From Octopus vulgaris (taxonomy: Eukaryota), in contig OX597821.1 in assembly GCA_951406725.2 (NCBI GenBank), positions 44,020,001 to 44,084,000 on the forward strand: a stretch of 64,000 nt of DNA, given 5' to 3'. Shown here one piece after another: positions 51,601 through 64,000 of this stretch. The notes beneath the pieces are model-generated. The model was given only the letters and a program-made list of their open reading frames with translations. It did not search any database and had not been told where the DNA came from. Position 1 is the stretch's first letter. The number at the start of each line of letters is the position of its first letter. Both the position numbers and the translations under genes were made by a program.

Positions 51601-51745
51601 TGTATGTATGTATGTATGTATGTATGTATGTATGTATGTACGTGCATAAGTATGTATGTACGTACATAAGTATCTCTGTACGTACATATGTATGTATTTA
51701 CGTACATATGTATGTGTGTACGTACATATGTATGTATGTACGTAC

Positions 51746-51776
<31 letters not shown>

Positions 51777-51897
51777 TGTATGTATGTATGTATGTACGTA
51801 TATATATGTATGTATGTATGTATGTACATATATATGTATGTACATATGTATGTACATATGTATGTATGTGTGTATGTACATATGTATGTATTATGTA
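51505..51897. repeat. (TATG)n microsatellite
   Basis: Imperfect TATG/TACG tract between two mariners. Confidence 0.95.
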
Positions 51898-52720
51898 TGA
51901 GGTGGTATCGAAAGATTCCTGGACAAGTCATGTTTAATAAAACATAACTTATTTACCTACGTCTTTGCATGATCTTCTTGAAATAGTCACCTTGCACAGC
52001 ACTACACCAGTCCCATTTCCTCCGGCATGGAGGTCGTTTTCATTAAACGAGTCGAGGACCTACTGCGATTCGCTCTGGATTTCGACCATGGTGTTAAAAC
52101 AGCGACCTTTGAGCTACATTTTCATCTTAGAGAAGAGATGGAAGTTCGTTGGTGCTTTTTGGTAAGAAACTCACATTTAAGGAGAGCTTGGTGACAGGGT
52201 GCATTGTCATCGTGAAGAATCCAGTTCCTCGCGTTTCACAGATCCAGTCACTTTCGCCGAATGTCTTCCCTCAAACATTTCAAAACGTCACAGTAGAACT
52301 CTTGATTGACGGTCTGGCCCGGGGGGATAAATTCTCGATGCACAATACCACATTTCCTGATCACTCATCGTCTTACAGGGACATTCTTCTTTTGAAGCAC
52401 CTGTGCTACTCAAAACATTGCGAAAGACCCATTGCCTCGTTGCCATAAGCATGCTTAGTGTCTCTGTAGCTGATGTTCCTAGTTTAATGCAAAATTTCAC
52501 GTTGGCTCGTTCTTCCTGTCCATGACAAAATCGCAGACTACAGCATAGACATGATCTCGAAAATACAAATTTCACAACTTGCGAAGTAAATACAACTATG
52601 TCACTCGGCACAATGCCTCATGAAGGTTTCTACTAGCCCTCACTTTGCACGCAACTGTTTGCTGCTATTTATTGGTATGCTACACAACTACAGTCCAAGA
52701 ACGTTTTATATACCATCTCG
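51898..52720 (-). mobile_element. mariner element, internally deleted
   Basis: TIRs TGAGGTGGTATCGAAAG..TGGAC / GTCCA..TATACCATCTCG with TA flanks; EERANVKFCIKLGTSATETLSML N-terminus and a HDNAP motif. Confidence 0.85.
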
Positions 52721-52726
52721 TATGTA

Positions 52727-53256
52727 TGTAGAGAAGTGAAAGAAGACGTCAGAACTAGAAACTACGGAAGTAGTGACATCACATTGAGGAGCGGGGGAAT
52801 TTGTTTTGTTTCTGCTGGCAGCCAAGGTGGGAAGAGTGAGCATACAAGTTTGTGCAGCAAGTTTTTCCATGATCCTAAGGGAAGAGTAGTTTACCTCTCA
52901 GTTTGAAGTTCATTCTAAGGTAAGAGCATTTTACTTTTACCATCCCTTGTACAAACTATTTCGGAACATTGTTTTTCTATTGTAAGGATATTTTTTCTTC
53001 CTTTCTACTTTCGATATTCAATATGGCCACGAGAATGAGGATTGACAGCGACGTTTTGAGACTGTTTTCTAGAATACCTGACGTGGTGGCCAGGATTAAA
53101 AATGTGGGGTTCGTTGCAAAACTACTGAGCATACACGATATGACCAGTTTTATGTCGTTGTATTTAAAAGGAAGTGCTTTGAATTTGTGTGTAGAAATGG
53201 ATGAAGCAAATCAACAAAAGTTTGAAATGATCGAAGATGAGGACTTTCCAGGCTGA
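52727..53256 (+). mobile_element. Gypsy-type LTR (about 52727-53009) and gag N-terminus
   Basis: TGTAG...CTAC(T) termini; the ORF from 53023 reads DVVARIKNVGFVAKL..SFMSLYLKGSALNLCVEMDEANQ, resembling invertebrate Gypsy gag N-termini. Confidence 0.55.
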
Positions 53257-55859
53257 ATCCTACGTCAATCAATAGGCAGAGGAGTACTTCTGGAAGGCAG
53301 ACATTTTCCCACTGCCATGTTGAGGAACAGGGTGAGTTGCTATGAGCACACCCTGAAAGGAGAGGTTAGGAACAATTTTAAGAAAGATAAGTGGATATAT
53401 GGATAGAGGTGGGTATTTTAATAATGTGGAAAGATTAAGTGAAGAGGGGTGTGCTACTAATGGACTATATGTGCAATGAAGAAGTGCATAGGAAAGGTAG
53501 AGAGAAGTGATATTTGATGAATATCATCTGGAGAAGGTAAGCAAGATGGATAAAGACATTTTACGAGGTCAAAGGGGTTTCTCTGCACTTTGATGGAGGA
53601 GAGAATAGAAGGGAGAAGGAGAGCAATGATGATGGATGATATTAGGTAGAGGAAGATATACTAATCAGTGAAGAGGACAACATAGCCAAGACCACTTGAG
53701 ATATTAATCCTGTTTTAACATCTTAAGCTTTGTCTACTTAAAGTCTCTGCAGATGAGACGCAATTACTCTACACCATTGAACAAGATGCTAGAATACTAC
53801 TTGTAGCTTTCCCAGAAAAATCTAGCACTTAATGCCACCACTGGGAGAATGTAGGATCAAATATCCATAAATAAGCAAGAAAATACCTTCAGTAGATTTG
53901 AACCTACAACACTGCAGTTCATCACTTTATTAAATCAACCATTTTGTCACCTTACATTCATAATGTGTCAGGCTGAAATATTTCAAGTTTTATATTGAGG
54001 GAAGCCAAACAAACAATAACCTGTTTTGCTGTAGAAAACTTCTTAAATACATGATATTTTCAGTTTTAATTAATCAGTACTTTTATCTTAATATGAGAAG
54101 CAGACATTAATTAATCAAAATTCCTCTTCCTGTAGACAGAAAATTATTAACCTGTTTAAATCTGATCAAGGAAAGAAAGGGGAAACACTTTGAAATTTCA
54201 ATTAAATGAAACTGAGGCTTACATATGTGATCAGTGGAAACAAACATTAACACAAAGCTTTATGTTAATTGACAGTTTTGGATATGATCCTGTTTTATTA
54301 GAAGTCTTCAGCAAAGCTTAGTCTTTTCCATACTTGTTAGACTAGTAATAAAAGAATTACAGTAGATGTTGCTGGAGAGACAACATAACATCATGAGTAA
54401 GGTAGATTATCCAGGGCTGACATCAGCAGAGTAAACAAACAGTTAAGTCATCAGTAACATGCTTAATGAGAAGAAAAACTAATAATTACAGAAGATGATT
54501 AACAAGCTTTATTTCTATTCAGATATTTTTTCCATTCATGTTTTCTGGATTAAAAACTCCCAATTTCACATGTCCTTGCATGTTCTGCTATATTCAGAAT
54601 TTATAACATTTTCAGAGTTATATAGAAGCTAACTAATTCTCTTTCAAACCTAGTTTGATATATTAACTAGTTCAACATGCTAAACCTAGTTTAATATATT
54701 TTTGAAAGGATCACTGGACAAGTCCAAGACGCAACAACATTATATAGAAGGATTTATGATAAACAGAGTGGTACTTTCACATCTTGGGTTCAAATTGTAC
54801 AAAGATCTATTTCGTCTTTTTTTTTCAAATCCCAACCAGATTTGTGTAAAAAGTACTAAAATTAAAGAGGGATTAGGTTAAACCCCTTCAATCATAAACC
54901 TAATTCCTGGTTTAAATAATTCAATATCATTAATGCAACGATGAAAAAGGATGGTCAAGAGAGGAGACCAACATTCTGCTATAATCTGCTGGTTCAATGG
55001 GGGGTTCAGTGGATTAGTTTATCATGAGGAGTGAACCGATGATTAGGACATTTGTGCTTTCTCTTCCATTGCCAATGCCTTCTCCTCCTCCTTTCCTTTT
55101 GCTCTCTCTTTTTCTACCTATATATGTTTGTCTGTATGTATGTATCCATAGATGTATACAAACATAAATATGTGTGTGTATACACACACACACACATGTG
55201 CACCAATATTCAGTTTTGTCCTTCTCAATTTTGAGTTCAAAACTTACATGAGTCACTTTTACATTTCATCTCTCCAAGATCAATAAAATAATTACCAGTG
55301 ATTTGCAATAATTATATATTTCCTAAGCATAATCTGGTTGCGTGGTTTGTTTAAAGTTACCATTAACACCAATACAAAGACATCTTAAATCTATTAAACC
55401 AATGTCTGATTGAACTAAACACTGTAAAGACAGTTTCACATTAACAATGTTTTAATCAACTTTGTATTAGCAATTTAAGTTCAATTAAGTTTAGCAAACT
55501 AATAACATCTTAAGATTATTTTTAATTATTAAGAAGTGGAGTGCCTTGGCCTTTTAGTTTCTCTTAGATTGGTGAAGACAATATAGTTGAGATTCCAGCT
55601 GAGTCAATTTAGCTAAAGAAAATATGGATAGGAAAGGAATTCCTGGGAACTGAAGCCACAGAAAAAGAAATATGCAAAGTGTTGAGGTTTTACAAAGTGA
55701 GGAATGGTAGGAACGCTGAGGGAAGTAGAGACAAGTGTATCAGGTGAGATGGATAGGATGTGGTTTAGAGGAGTCAATACCGTAGTAGTGGTGGTGGTGG
55801 TACAGGTGTTAGAGGGGAGAGAAAATAAGAGAAAGAAAGAGTTATTTTAAGAGGTGCAA

Positions 55860-57110
55860 GATGAATGCACATATGAAGCTTAATGGCAGCCAACGAATAA
55901 AGAAATGATACACATATGCACACAATGAGAAAGAAATAATCATAGAGACAGAGTCAGAGAAGAAAGATGCATAGAAGTACCACTATGAAAGGTTGTTAAA
56001 TGTGGAAAATGCATGGGAGAAGAGTCTTTTAAATATAGAACCGAGGAACCGGACATCAGAGTTGACAACAGTATGATAGATAAGGCAATTAAGGATAAGA
56101 AGACAGGAAAAGCCCCTGGACCATCAGAAATTACCACTGAGATGCTTAAGATATCTGGTGGTGTAGGATACAGCCTAGTCACTTGTATAGTTAATCAGCT
56201 TATCCAGGTAGACATCATCCCCAATGACTGCTGTGGTGGTATGGCGAGCTGGCCGAAACGTTAGCACACCGGGCGAAATGCGTAGCCGTATTTCGTCTGC
56301 CGTTACGTTCTGAGTTCAAATTCCGCCGTGGTCGACTTTGCCTTTCATCCTTTCGGGGTTGATTAAATAAGTACCAGTTACGCACTGGGGTCGATATAAT
56401 CGACTTAATCCGTTTGTCTGTCCTTGTTTGTCCCCTCTGTGTTTAGTCCCCTGTGGGTAGTAAAGAAATAGGTATTATAGTTAGTTACTACAAGGGTAAA
56501 GGTGATACCTTAGATAGAAACAACCACAGGGGTATCAAAGTGGTAGACCAGGTCATGAAAGTTACAGAAAGGGTTATAGCTCAATTAATTAAGAAGAGAC
56601 TTAAATTACATGGGATGCAATGTGGTTTTGTGCCTGAGAAGAGAACCACAAATGCCTTCTTCCTAAGCAGACAGCTACAGGTGAAGTATCCGGCAAAGAA
56701 TAAACCATTGTACTTGGCTTTAATTGACCTAGAGAAAACATTTGACAGGATCATTTGTTCTGCTGCCTGGTAGTCTCTAAGGAAGTTAAGAGTAGACAAG
56801 ACGAGAGCTGTACAAGCCTTGTATAGTAATGCTATCAGTAGGGTAAAAGTTGGCCACTAGTACAATGTTGAATTTAGCATACAAGTAGCGGGTCAACAGG
56901 ACTTAGTTCTCAGTCCCCTTATATTCCTCATAGTCCTCCAGGCCATAACAGGAATTTAAAATTGGCTGTCAGAACTACTATATGCTGATGACCTCACTGT
57001 TATGGCAAAATCAGTAGCAGAACTGGAAAAGAAATTGCAGGTATGGAAGCAAAACCTGGGATCAAAGGGCCTTAAAGTTTATCTAGTGAAGACCAAAGTT
57101 TTTGTTTATA
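55860..57110 (+). mobile_element. RTE-clade LINE ORF2 relic (RT)
   Basis: KTGKAPGPSEITTEMLK, YKGKGD..NHRGIK, QCGFVPEKRTTNAFF..RQLQ, IDLEKTFDR, LSPL, LLYADDL. Confidence 0.92.
56243..56475 (+). mobile_element. SINE family B inserted in the RTE RT
   Basis: Splits PNDCCGG|IIVSYYKGKG; GGTAT at both junctions; B-box GAGTTCAAATTCC; the central GCCTTTCATCCTTTCGGGGTTGATTAAATAAGTACC resembles the Meta/MESC SINE domain as I recall it. Confidence 0.9.
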
Positions 57111-57474
57111 AGAAATCATATAAGCTTCTCTTTTCTTTCTCTTTCTTGCTATAATAAAAGAATTATATATAATGACCATTATTTTAACTTGTCCCTTATA
57201 TATCACTCTGTAAAAACTAGTTTATTTGGAGCCTAATCATGGATTTACAACATAGAAATGTGATGAACCATAACTTTGGACCCTACCAAAATATTACCTG
57301 GAGTTCTTCACTAATCTGAGTAATATTGTTAGCCTGGTGTGCCAACAGAGAGCTTGTGAAGGATTTTGCTCAGATTGATAATCCTTCACTATTTGTTCTA
57401 TATATATATAATAGATAATACTTCACTATTTGTTCTATATTTGTTCTATATACATATATGTGTGTGTGTATATA

Positions 57475-57582
57475 TGAGGGGTGTATGAAAAGTCTTGAGC
57501 CTTGAAGTCTTGTACCTTCATCAGAAGTCTTGTACCATTTTTTGCTTTTTTATGAGACTCAAGACTTTTCATACACCCCTCG
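57475..57582. mobile_element. 108-bp mariner-type MITE
   Basis: TIRs TGAGGGGTGTATGAAAAGTCTTGAG / CTCAAGACTTTTCATACACCCCTCG with TA flanks. Confidence 0.88.
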
Positions 57583-57586
57583 TATA

Positions 57587-58424
57587 CAGGGTGTGGTGAA
57601 TATATTGTCATCCAAATTATGTAAAAATAAAGACAACCTGACACCTCAGATATATTTACCTAAATCACATAAAAATATCTTGAAATACTAAAGAGTAAAT
57701 TCATTCAATAAAATAGCTTCTACCACAGCCTCCAGACGACTTTGAAATGGTCTTCTGGATGGTCTCTTTGTTTAAGTTGATCATAATCCTTGCCTTCAGT
57801 TCATCTTTGGTATTACAAAGAAGTTTTGATGGTCTCTTGCTCATAGTAATCAAGGGGGTTGCAGTCTGGGAAGTTAGGTGGCCAGATGTTAGGAGTGATG
57901 TGGTTTCAGAAATTGTCTAACAGCCATGACTGGTTTCTCCTGCTTGTGTGGCATGATGCAGAGTCCTTTTGCCAGACACAGGGTCTTCCAGCAGCCACCC
58001 TCTTGACTCAGGGCAGCACTACTTCCTCCATACGCTTGATGTATGCCTCCATGGCGAGTCTGGGGCTTTGTGGAAAGATGAATGGAGGCATAACGTTACT
58101 ATCACTAGTGATCACTCCAAACACCATGATGTTAACTGGATGTTTGATTTTTATCCTTCTCAGTACATGCTTTGGGGACACAGCAAGCCAACAGTTGTTC
58201 TGTATGTTCACTATCTGTTCATATTGGAGCTTCCAGTGAGAATGTCGAGCAGTACAGCATGTTGTTTCCAAATTTCAGAGTGAATTGCATCATGGTGTTG
58301 TTTTTCTCACAGACAGTGCCCAACTGACCCTACTATACTGTGTAGTTGACAAAATCAAAAACAAGCACTGCGCACGTGCGAAATTTAAAATATAAAATTA
58401 CAACAATTTACCCATTGCACCCTG
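57587..58424 (-). mobile_element. Tc1/mariner-superfamily (maT/DD37D-like) relic with TIRs
   Basis: KHPVNIMVFGVITSD..MPPFIFP..EEVVLP and WPPN/PDCNPLDY; ends CAGGGTG / CACCCTG with TA flanks. Confidence 0.85.
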
Positions 58425-60164
58425 TACACACACAAACATACACACACACAAACAAACACACATCTATGTATTTATGTTGATGAAGTCGATTTCCAAAGTT
58501 ACTCATCATTTTAAATAAAGAAGAATTTGGTAAAATTACTTTGTTGCTAAGTTTATGTTTGCAATATAAATTACCATGAAATTTCGATCACTTTAAAGCA
58601 AGAAGTTTGTATTGTAGACCCAGGGGCAGTCTCTGGTGGAGTGGTGCCAAAAAGTGTGTCTCATCATTGTTTTCTGTAAGCACTAATAGTCATGTTTCCA
58701 AACACCAATTTGATAACTAAAAAAAAAACAAAAACGTATTTAATTTTTTCTAAAACTCTATCAATTCTGAACTATTTTTAAAACTAATTGAAAAACAGGA
58801 GAAGAGTATTTCATTAGAAATATGGTCAGAAAATGGTCAGAATATTTTGATTCTCAACTAAAGTCTCGAGGGTGGATTCAGATGCAGCTATAAATGATCT
58901 ATTTACCAGTTTCTGTGTTATTATTCCTCTGTCTCTTCAGGCAGTACGTGTAAATATATATACACACAACGACTGTGAAACAATTGAAAACCGTCCAAGC
59001 TGTCTTGATACTAATGAAACAAATATGGACAGAGGGCAGAAGAAAACAGAGTAAAAATAGTAATTCCGTATATCTAGACTTGAAATGGTAAACGCATGGT
59101 AAAAACAGCACCATCAACTTACAAAATGTTTATTGATTGTGTAAATATTGTTCCCATAGCAACAGTACAGTGACAATGTTCCTTACATAATGGATAGTGT
59201 GGGATGGGGGGTGGAGAAGTGGTGGTGGGACAGGTGGAAATTCAATTTTGTGTAGGCAAGTGCAAACAGTTACTGTAATGTGATTTAAGACAGATTGACA
59301 TTTCTATTTGTGTAACATAACAGACTGGACATGCAATCCTCGTGTAAAGATTCCAATCTATTATAAGAGTTGACAACAAGTAATAGATGCATTCTGTGCT
59401 CTCTGTTTTATGTTAATTGGATCCCGAAAAGAGAAACGAAGCCAAAGGGGTATTCAGACTTTGAGAAGTTTATAGAAAAATTTTCCCATCTTCGTTATGC
59501 TGATGAACCAAAGTGTTCAATTTACATATAAAACTATGACTGAATATAGCAGCTGTTAAAAGTATAATGTTATATGGCAGTGAAACTGGAGCAGGGAAAG
59601 TGGAAAGTTTGTTCTTACGAATTGAAAATGAAATGAATACATGCTATACCTGTGTGTAAGATGAAAGGAGAGAGAAATTAGGGAGAGAAATTAGGGAGAG
59701 TAATGATGGGAGTAGTGGTTGAAGTATATTTCATGCAGAAGGAGTGGGGAAGTGGTTAACTGGAAATGGAATAAGAGTGTAGGGAGATACATGCATACAA
59801 TATATGTGTGTGTGTGTGTGTGTGTAAATATGTATTATGGTATGTATGCATTTATGCTTGTGTATATGTAAAATCTTAATTGAACATGCACACATATACA
59901 CATGTATGAATGTGTAACTGCATGCTTGTTTGTGTGTGCATATGATGCACACACACACGTATGTACTGATGTGTATGTATTTGTGTGTATACATATGCAC
60001 ACATACATGCGTTTATGTGTGTATATGTCTTAGACTAAGTTTATTTTATTATTTCAAAGTAAATCTAAGAATAAGAGCAGAATATTTACTGAATGGAAAT
60101 ACTCAATGTATCAAGTAGAGAGAAATTTATCATAAAATTTGTTTTGATTGGGATTTTAAGTTTC

Positions 60165-61533
60165 CCAGATGGCTGGACCATCAAGGATAGCTGCTAAAGT
60201 GCTGGAAATAACTGGGAAAGTAGGACCTGTACTCACAGAGTCAAGATACAGGAAGGATTCATTCCTAATGTTTCATATACTAACTTCATTGTCAAATGCT
60301 GCAAAGGCAAAGAAAATGTACTAGAAAGACACAACAAGAGAGGCACCAAATTATGGACCCCAAAATAGTTAGAACTAATTAACAAGGAAATTAGATTAGA
60401 TGGGATGTAGTTTGGATTCTTGTCAGGAAAGGCTACCACTGCTTACATCTTTGATATAATGACATGGAGAAGGTTTTTGATAGGTTATTCCAAGATGCCA
60501 TCGACAAGATCAGCAACGAATTTGTGTATAGGCTAGCATGTGTCCATCAGAGATTGGTTCTTAGTTCCTTTCTGTGTATTATAGTTTTCTTGGCACTAAA
60601 GGAAGAGTTCAGGATTGGCTTTCTTAGGAGACATCTGTATATAGATGACTTAGTTCTTATAGCAGAATTTGTTGAAGAATTAGAGAAGAAACTTGAAATA
60701 TAGAAGTCAAAGACTAGAATTAGTGTTTCAAAGTGAAAATGTCAAAGAAATTTTAGTGGAAAAAAGACTGGGAAGTGACCTTGAAGAAAAGGAATATGTA
60801 AGAATTCTTTATGGTATATCCAATGAAAAGGTGCATAAATGTTGTAGGATCACTGGTAGTGAAGAAAAATTTCTTGTATCTGAAGTAGATGCAGCCAGTA
60901 AGAGCTTCCATAAAATATAGTTCAAGTACTCTGAGAGTTCCTTACAAGTAGGTGATAGCTTTTGTTACATTTGCCATGAAAGTTGATGTGAAAGAATAGT
61001 ATATGCTCAATATATCTATACTAACATCAAGTATAGGAACCAGGTTAAGAATGGAAAAGGGGGCAGTTTATGGAGCTATTACCACTTTTGGCAACAAGGA
61101 GATCACTTCTCTATGGGAATATTTAATTATAGGATTCTTGTATATGAGGTGTGATATTAGTTAAATATAGGCAGGAGATGATAGAACGGGATAAACAAAA
61201 ACTGGAAATGAATGAGATAAACAAGCTATACTGGATGTATAATGTTAGTGTGAATGAACACCATAGAGCAAAGACAAGGTTTCAGATGTTGTGTACAAGA
61301 GAGGTACTGAGTTGGAACAGCTGTGTTGGATATAGCCAAATGATAATAAATTGTTAAGGAATTCAAGTGGAAGAGGAAAACTGAAGAAGACATTGTAGAA
61401 AGGAATGAGTCTGATCTTAATATTCTGAACTCCAAAGAAGATAATAAGTGGTAATATGATGAAATGTAGTGCTGGAAAAAACTCCTCTAAACCATGAAAG
61501 CATGGAAAAATAAATCTAAAAACAATGATGATG
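60165..61533 (+). mobile_element. Highly degraded RTE LINE (RT to 3' tail)
   Basis: DMEKVFDR, VHQRLVLS, LYIDDLVLIAE..ELEKKL, and tail CCATGAAAGCATGGAAAA...TGATGATG. Confidence 0.8.
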
Positions 61534-61739
61534 TGCTTATAGTGTTTATTATATTAATTATAACTCTTCCAATCAAATATAGCAATATATATATGTGTGT
61601 GTCTGTGTATATAATGCTTATACATACACACACACAAACACACATACCTATATATATATATATATATATAGAGTAATGAGTGGATGCTTCAAGTATACAA
61701 GCATTAGCAATTCATATTCCTCAGAAAGTTAACTATAGT

Positions 61740-61851
61740 TACAAATTGAGATAGAGGTTGTAAATGCAACCCTCCATGGGATAACATATATCCAATATAC
61801 TGCTAGTGAAGTATCCCATGGAGGGTTGCATTTACAACCCCTATCTCAATT

Positions 61852-61855
<4 letters not shown>
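61740..61855. repeat. Hairpin with 44-bp arms and a 28-nt spacer (mini-MITE or small-RNA-like)
   Basis: 61740-61783 is the reverse complement of 61812-61855, with one mismatch. Confidence 0.9.
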
Positions 61856-61899
<44 letters not shown>

Positions 61900-62303
61900 T
61901 ACATATATATATGTACAGCTGGACCATTTATTCATGGTCTAGGTATAGTCAAGTGCTCCAAAACTTGAAAGATCATTGAGACTATCATGCTATGCTTCAG
62001 GGGAATTTCAAAATATGGGTATTACCTTGTCAAAATTTCCAAATTCTAAAGCTATCTGCAACATCTCTTAACCAGAGGTAAGAGGTATTGTCCAAATGCT
62101 GCTAGTAAAAGAGGTAACTCTTATACCATTTCCAAAATTCCCAAATGTCTAAATGTCACAACCTATGAGTGAGTGTGTGCTTGTATGTGTGCATGTAGTA
62201 TTTTCATTAACCCTTAACTATCAACATCTATCCATTCGTTTTTAATGCTTCCTTTCAGTCTGTCAATGTGGATCCATGTGTGCCTGTTTGTCTTCGTGTG
62301 TGC

Positions 62304-62337
<34 letters not shown>

Positions 62338-62499
62338 GAGAGAGGGTAGCTGGAATAAATTATATTACAGTTCAGGATTGTTGTAAACTTACTTTTTCTA
62401 TGGTACAGGCAAATGTTTGATATGAATGGTAGAAAAATAATATAAATGTTAAACGCACATTATAACTGCTTTAATACTTCAAGTGAACCTTGTAAAGGT

Positions 62500-62780
62500 C
62501 TTATGTGAAATCTATATATTCATGCAAATATCTAGATTCATTATGTGAAGGATATATCTTCATGTCAATGCTTTAAATATATTATGTAAAGGCTGTATAT
62601 GCTATATATAGATTAATGAATGCTATATCATCAATTCAATGTTCTAAATATATTTTGTGAAGGCTATAAATTCATGTGAATATTATAGATTCATTATGTG
62701 AATGTTACAATCTTTTTATATAATGGCTATATGTTCATAAGAAAGCTTTGGATATACCATATGACTGCCATATGGTCATG
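62500..62780. repeat. Degenerate about 40-bp minisatellite
   Basis: TTATGTGAAGGCTATA..TTCATGTGAAT..TAGATTCA-like units in tandem. Confidence 0.55.
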
Positions 62781-62889
62781 TGACAGCTCCAGGTAATTAT
62801 GTTGCATCATGTTTTATCTTGTGTGTTTAACTTTTAAATTCTAAGATAAATTTAAATTTCAATATATTTATCACATTCTTCACACAACA

Positions 62890-63200
62890 GATATTCTCTT
62901 TTATTCTATTATATACCATACTATTCTCTTATTCTGTCTTCTATTTTCCACTTTTCCTTTCTATTCTGTACTATTCTATTCCATTTTATTCTATACCATT
63001 TTACTCTAATTTCTTCAATTCTCTTCTATGCTATTCTTTTCTGTTCTATTCTATTCCATTCCATTCTATTCTGGCCTATTCTTTACTAGTCTATTTTATT
63101 CTAAACTACTTTATTTTATTTCATTCCATTTTGCTTTATTCTCTTCTAAGTAATTTCATTGTATTTGATTCCATTCTATTCCACCATTCTATTGTATTCT
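62890..63200. repeat. Degenerate (TTCTA/TTCCA)n pentamer tract
   Basis: Repeated ATTCT/ATTCC words. Confidence 0.75.
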
Positions 63201-64000
63201 ATCTCCAAGTCCAGCTCCAAAACACACCTTGAGTCTACCACTCTCCATTATCTTTCATTGTCAGTCAGAGAATACATCTGGCAACCAGATTTCTGTACAC
63301 AAAAACCAACATTTCAACAAGGAAGTTCGTCTCTTATTGTCTTTCAAGATATTGCCTTACCAATCAATATTGTTAGGTGTCATATTTAAGACATATTTCT
63401 TAGATATCATAAACTACATACAAGTGCAAGTCTCAATATAAAACCATCTTTTTCAATCTTTTACTGTGACTTCTGTAGTTCTTTTTCACATTCAGGTGTT
63501 TTGTTTGAACTAATGTACCTGAGTTACCAATAATGACAGAGCTATTCTTAAAAAAAAATGAACTTGATAAAAGTTGCTAATGAGGATATGGAGACATAAA
63601 TAAACATTCCAAAATAACCAGAAAATAAGAAAATGATACTGACCACTCCCCAAATTTTATATAGATTTATCAATTCTATTATGTGCAATATTTTGTACTT
63701 AATGATTCACTCATTATTCTACATTGTTATTTTCTACAATAGATGGTCTGCCTAATTTTACAAATGTTGTATATGTATTTAAAACTACCAGAATATGCAT
63801 TTTTAAACATTGGTACATGATCTTTAAAAACAAGTTATGTACGTTTGCTAAATGTTTTCAAAGGGTAGCAGGTTTAGTTTATGTAAAAGCTGCAGATTTG
63901 CAGCATATGCAACACATTCTTTTAAAAGATTACAGATGTATATAAGAAGCATTAATATTCACATTCACCACATAAGTTCCTGAAGAACTATATTTATTGT

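Overview
AT-rich, microsatellite-dense eukaryotic DNA. The repeat families resemble a coleoid cephalopod, most likely Octopus (inferred from the tRNA-derived SINEs, RTE LINE tails ending in (TGA)n, and TTAGGG-type repeats). I find no intact protein-coding gene; it reads as intron or intergenic sequence. Nearly all supplied ORFs are microsatellite translations or pieces of decayed transposons. The window holds RTE and R4/Dong-like LINE relics, a degraded Gypsy element with a second LTR nested in it, another Gypsy LTR+gag, at least 7 Tc1/mariner-superfamily relics, several MITEs (Ginger-like, Merlin-like with telomeric repeats, pogo-like with a nested Helitron), Penelope-like fragments and several SINE families. 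Most notable: (i) a young, hierarchical 6-unit tandem array built from the 3' end of an RTE LINE (7.3-10 kb); (ii) a palindrome whose arms each carry a minimal Penelope-type hammerhead ribozyme motif (20.4-20.7 kb), with related degenerate motifs elsewhere; (iii) a near-perfect 177-bp inverted templated duplication that brackets candidate exons; (iv) many fold-back structures. All calls were made by eye; coordinates of degraded relics are approximate.
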